A stretch of DNA of 10,966 nt, taken from NCBI RefSeq assembly GCF_006345805.1, contig NW_021827215.1, forward strand, positions 1-10,966, in the 5' to 3' direction. The position numbers and the translations under genes were made by a program. The stretch's first letter is position 1. Each line of letters starts with the position of its first letter. Below, piece after piece: positions 8,472-10,966 of this stretch. The notes beneath the pieces were generated by a model. The model worked only from the letters and a program-made list of their open reading frames with translations, did no database searches and was not told the DNA's origin. The DNA is from Octopus sinensis. Taxonomy: Eukaryota.

Positions 8472-9246
8472 AACACAATATAAAATATATTAAAACCATG
8501 TAAAGAGTGTTAATTCGAGGAAGTCATATCCTCATTAAGGCTTATGTAATCCGAGGTATTTTATTGGTTTAATCCGTATCATATAATGCGAAATCATTGG
8601 TATATGTTCAGGATTATTGAAATTATCAATATTTAGGGAAAACAAGAAGACGAAAATGGAGAATAAATAAATGTAATTAATAATTTATTTGTATGTTACA
8701 AAAAGATGATATTTAAAAATAAATAACAATACAAATAAATTCATTAGATGTTCACAACTCAAAGAAAAACAAATTAAAATTAAAAAATGAAAAATATACG
8801 ATATATATGTTTCAGTGCTATTATCTAGTTGATGGAGATTTCGAAGCATTTGGTTTAATGCTAAGAAAATTACCACTTTCTAACTATATGGCAGTAGAAT
8901 TTCTTCAGGGTTAATATATAGAGCTCATGTAACTGTTACTCTGGTTTGTTGAGTAAAAGAAACTGGGTCTTTAGTAGGGAAACATTTTATCTGTGCCGTT
9001 TCGATATCGTCCCAGTTTCTGAATATTTTCCCACTGCTATAGTGTTCAAGTGACTAGAATAATTGAAGATCTGAAGATTCTAGGTATGGTGACTGGAAGG
9101 ATGAGATAGAGAAACTCAAAAAGAAGTCTTTTACCTTTGTTAGCGACCGGTTTGAACTTTCTCAAAAAAGAATTTAAAGAGACGCAGCACAAAGTTTTGT
9201 CAGTGAACAGGTCGCGGTCTCAAAGCGACGAAAATATTTTGACAAA

Positions 9247-9477
9247 AGGCGGCGAGCTGGCAGAAACGTTAGCACGCCGGGCGAATTGCGTTGCCGTATT
9301 TCGTCTGCGTTACGTTCTGAGTTCAAGTTCCGCCGAGGTCGACTTTGCTTTTCATCCTTTCGGGGTCGATAAATTAAGGACCAGTTACGCACTGGGGTCG
9401 ATATAATCGACTTAATCTCTTTGTCTGTCCTTGTTTGTCCCCTCTGTGTTTAGCCCCCTGTGGGTAGTAAAGAAATA
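9247..9477 (+). mobile_element. Full-length family 1 SINE (231 bp) with 17 bp TSD
   Basis: TSD GAAAATATTTTGACAAA at 9230-9246 and 9478-9494; A- and B-box-like motifs (GAGTTCAAGTTCC). Confidence 0.95.
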
Positions 9478-9603
9478 GAAAATATTTTGACAAATTGAAT
9501 TTAAATGTTGAAGTGAATCTAACGGTTTTTGTGTGTTTCTTAAATGGCTTATAAACACCTTCCACGCTGCAACTTAAGTAAAATTCCAAGAAAAGCATAC
9601 ATA

Positions 9604-9808
9604 CAAGGAGTTGTTGGAAAATTCCTGGCTTTAAGGGTATCATGAAATGCCTGTTTGGACGCCCAACTTTCCGAGTTCTTTTACAAGGCTTAGAAAAACT
9701 GAAGGACCGCTGCAATAAGTGTGTGAATCTGAGAGGGGAATATGTTGAATAATATCATAATTAACTGATCCTTCTGTATTTCATTTACATAAAGGCAGTA
9801 TTCCCTCG
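9604..9808 (+). mobile_element. Mariner-derived miniature non-autonomous element
   Basis: TA|CAAGGAGTTGTTGGAAAATTCCTGGCTTT (mariner-type TIR) is followed almost directly by the transposase C-terminus LDAQLSEFF/LQGLEKLKDRCNKCVNLRGEYVE*. It ends in a degenerate TIR ...CCCTCG|TA. Confidence 0.75.
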
Positions 9809-9817
9809 TACATATAT

Positions 9818-10048
9818 ATTTCTTTACTACCCACAAGGGACTAACCACAGAGGGGACAAACAAGGACAGACAAACGGATTAAGTCGATTATATCGATCCC
9901 AGTGTGCAACTGGTACTTAATTTATCGAGCCCGAAAGGATGAAAGGCAAAGTCGACCTCGGCGGAATTTGAACTCAGGACGTAACGACAGACGAAATACC
10001 GCTAAGCATTTCGCCCGGCGCGCTAACGATTCTGCCAGCTCGTCGCCC
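9818..10048 (-). mobile_element. Full-length family 1 SINE (231 bp) with 18 bp TSD
   Basis: TSD ATTCCCTCGTACATATAT at 9800-9817 and 10049-10066; about 90% identical to 9247-9477 by hand alignment. Confidence 0.95.
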
Positions 10049-10204
10049 ATTCCCTCGTACATATATTGGAGTGGTAAATTCGAGGCAGGTAAAATTATAT
10101 CTTTCTAGCTAGTATCGAACGGGAGAATTGAAACCTGATCAGAGGCAGTATTTTCGCTTACCGTATCCTTCTCTCGAAGAATTTCGTCAAATATTTATGC
10201 AAAT

Positions 10205-10333
10205 ATATGTTTGCGAGTGTGTGAGCGCACGCAGTGTATGTGCGCGTGTAATTGTGTATGTATAAATATATATAGTTAAATGGTTATATACATATATATA
10301 TGCATGTATATATATATATATATATATATATAC

Positions 10334-10369
<36 letters not shown>

Positions 10370-10530
10370 ATATATACATACATACATACATATGTGTGTG
10401 GTGTATACGTGTACGTGTGGTTTTGTGAGAGTGTATGTATATGTTTGTTTATTGCGATTGCACGTATACTCATATATATATATCGCTAGGAAATTGTGTA
10501 TGTTCAATATATATACATATATATATCAGC
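10205..10530. repeat. Compound (TA)n/(TG)n microsatellite region
   Basis: Direct reading. Confidence 0.85.
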
Positions 10531-10966
10531 ATAGACACACACAGGTGCACACGCTTTCCTGGTGAAAACAATATAGATTCCAAAATATCATTACCAAAAC
10601 TCAAAATCTCTTAATACATTGAATGGTAACGGAACAGGTCTTCCCGTCAGAAAACAATGTTAAGTTGCGCATATGCCCAATAATGGATGGAGATTAGCGC
10701 TCTGTGTGCGCATCCATATTGACATAAACACACGGAAATATACATGGATATGTATATCAGTTTGTGAATCTACGTATTTGTGTGTGTGTGGCGCGTGTGT
10801 GTGTGTGTGTAAGTAATTATTAGTGTGTGGTTTTGTGGGATAGTTATAAAGTGTTCTGACAGAGTAAAGGAGTACGAAAATAAAATGAAAATAAAATAAC
10901 ACAACATAAAACACAAAGAAACGAACAATGATGTTTCTGTCATTAGAATAGAATTGAAAGCACGCA

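Noticed and set aside
8816-8909. Possible exon (TTTCAG | CYYLVDGDFEAFGLMLRKLPLSNYMAVEFLQ | GTTAAT)
   Set aside because: Weak polypyrimidine tract and donor site, and only a vague RhoGAP-like resemblance; unsupported without RNA-seq or homology evidence.
8959-9020. 10 bp inverted repeat AGAAACTGGG / CCCAGTTTCT
   Set aside because: Too short to distinguish from chance in 11 kb, with no supporting context.
1218-10914. ORF-track entries rich in YI, CV, HT, LS or ER repeats
   Set aside because: These are translations of microsatellites and low-complexity tracts. The only ORFs with real protein signal are the Tc1 fragments (3782-4253, 5620-5707) and the PLE fragment (7888-8166).

Overview
Repeat-dense, AT-rich eukaryotic non-coding DNA. 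The SINE families and long (TA)n/(CA)n/(CTAT)n tracts look like an octopus (coleoid cephalopod) nuclear genome; this is from recall, not a search. No intact host gene is supportable. The window contains: two tRNA-derived SINE families, two copies with clean 17-18 bp target-site duplications; a decayed Tc1 transposase (- strand); a mariner-derived miniature element; a decayed Penelope-like (PLE) RT-thumb/GIY-YIG remnant; and a 1.2 kb ultra-AT-rich unit bounded by ~126 bp inverted repeats. Highlights: (1) a minimal type I hammerhead ribozyme fold downstream of the PLE ORF whose only two core deviations (C3->A, G8->U) together preserve the 3-8 Watson-Crick tertiary pair; (2) two further hammerhead-like motifs, one inside the inverted-repeat unit; (3) a local inverted duplication built from three separate template segments joined at 5 bp and 3 bp microhomologies. 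Most ORF-track entries are microsatellite artefacts.
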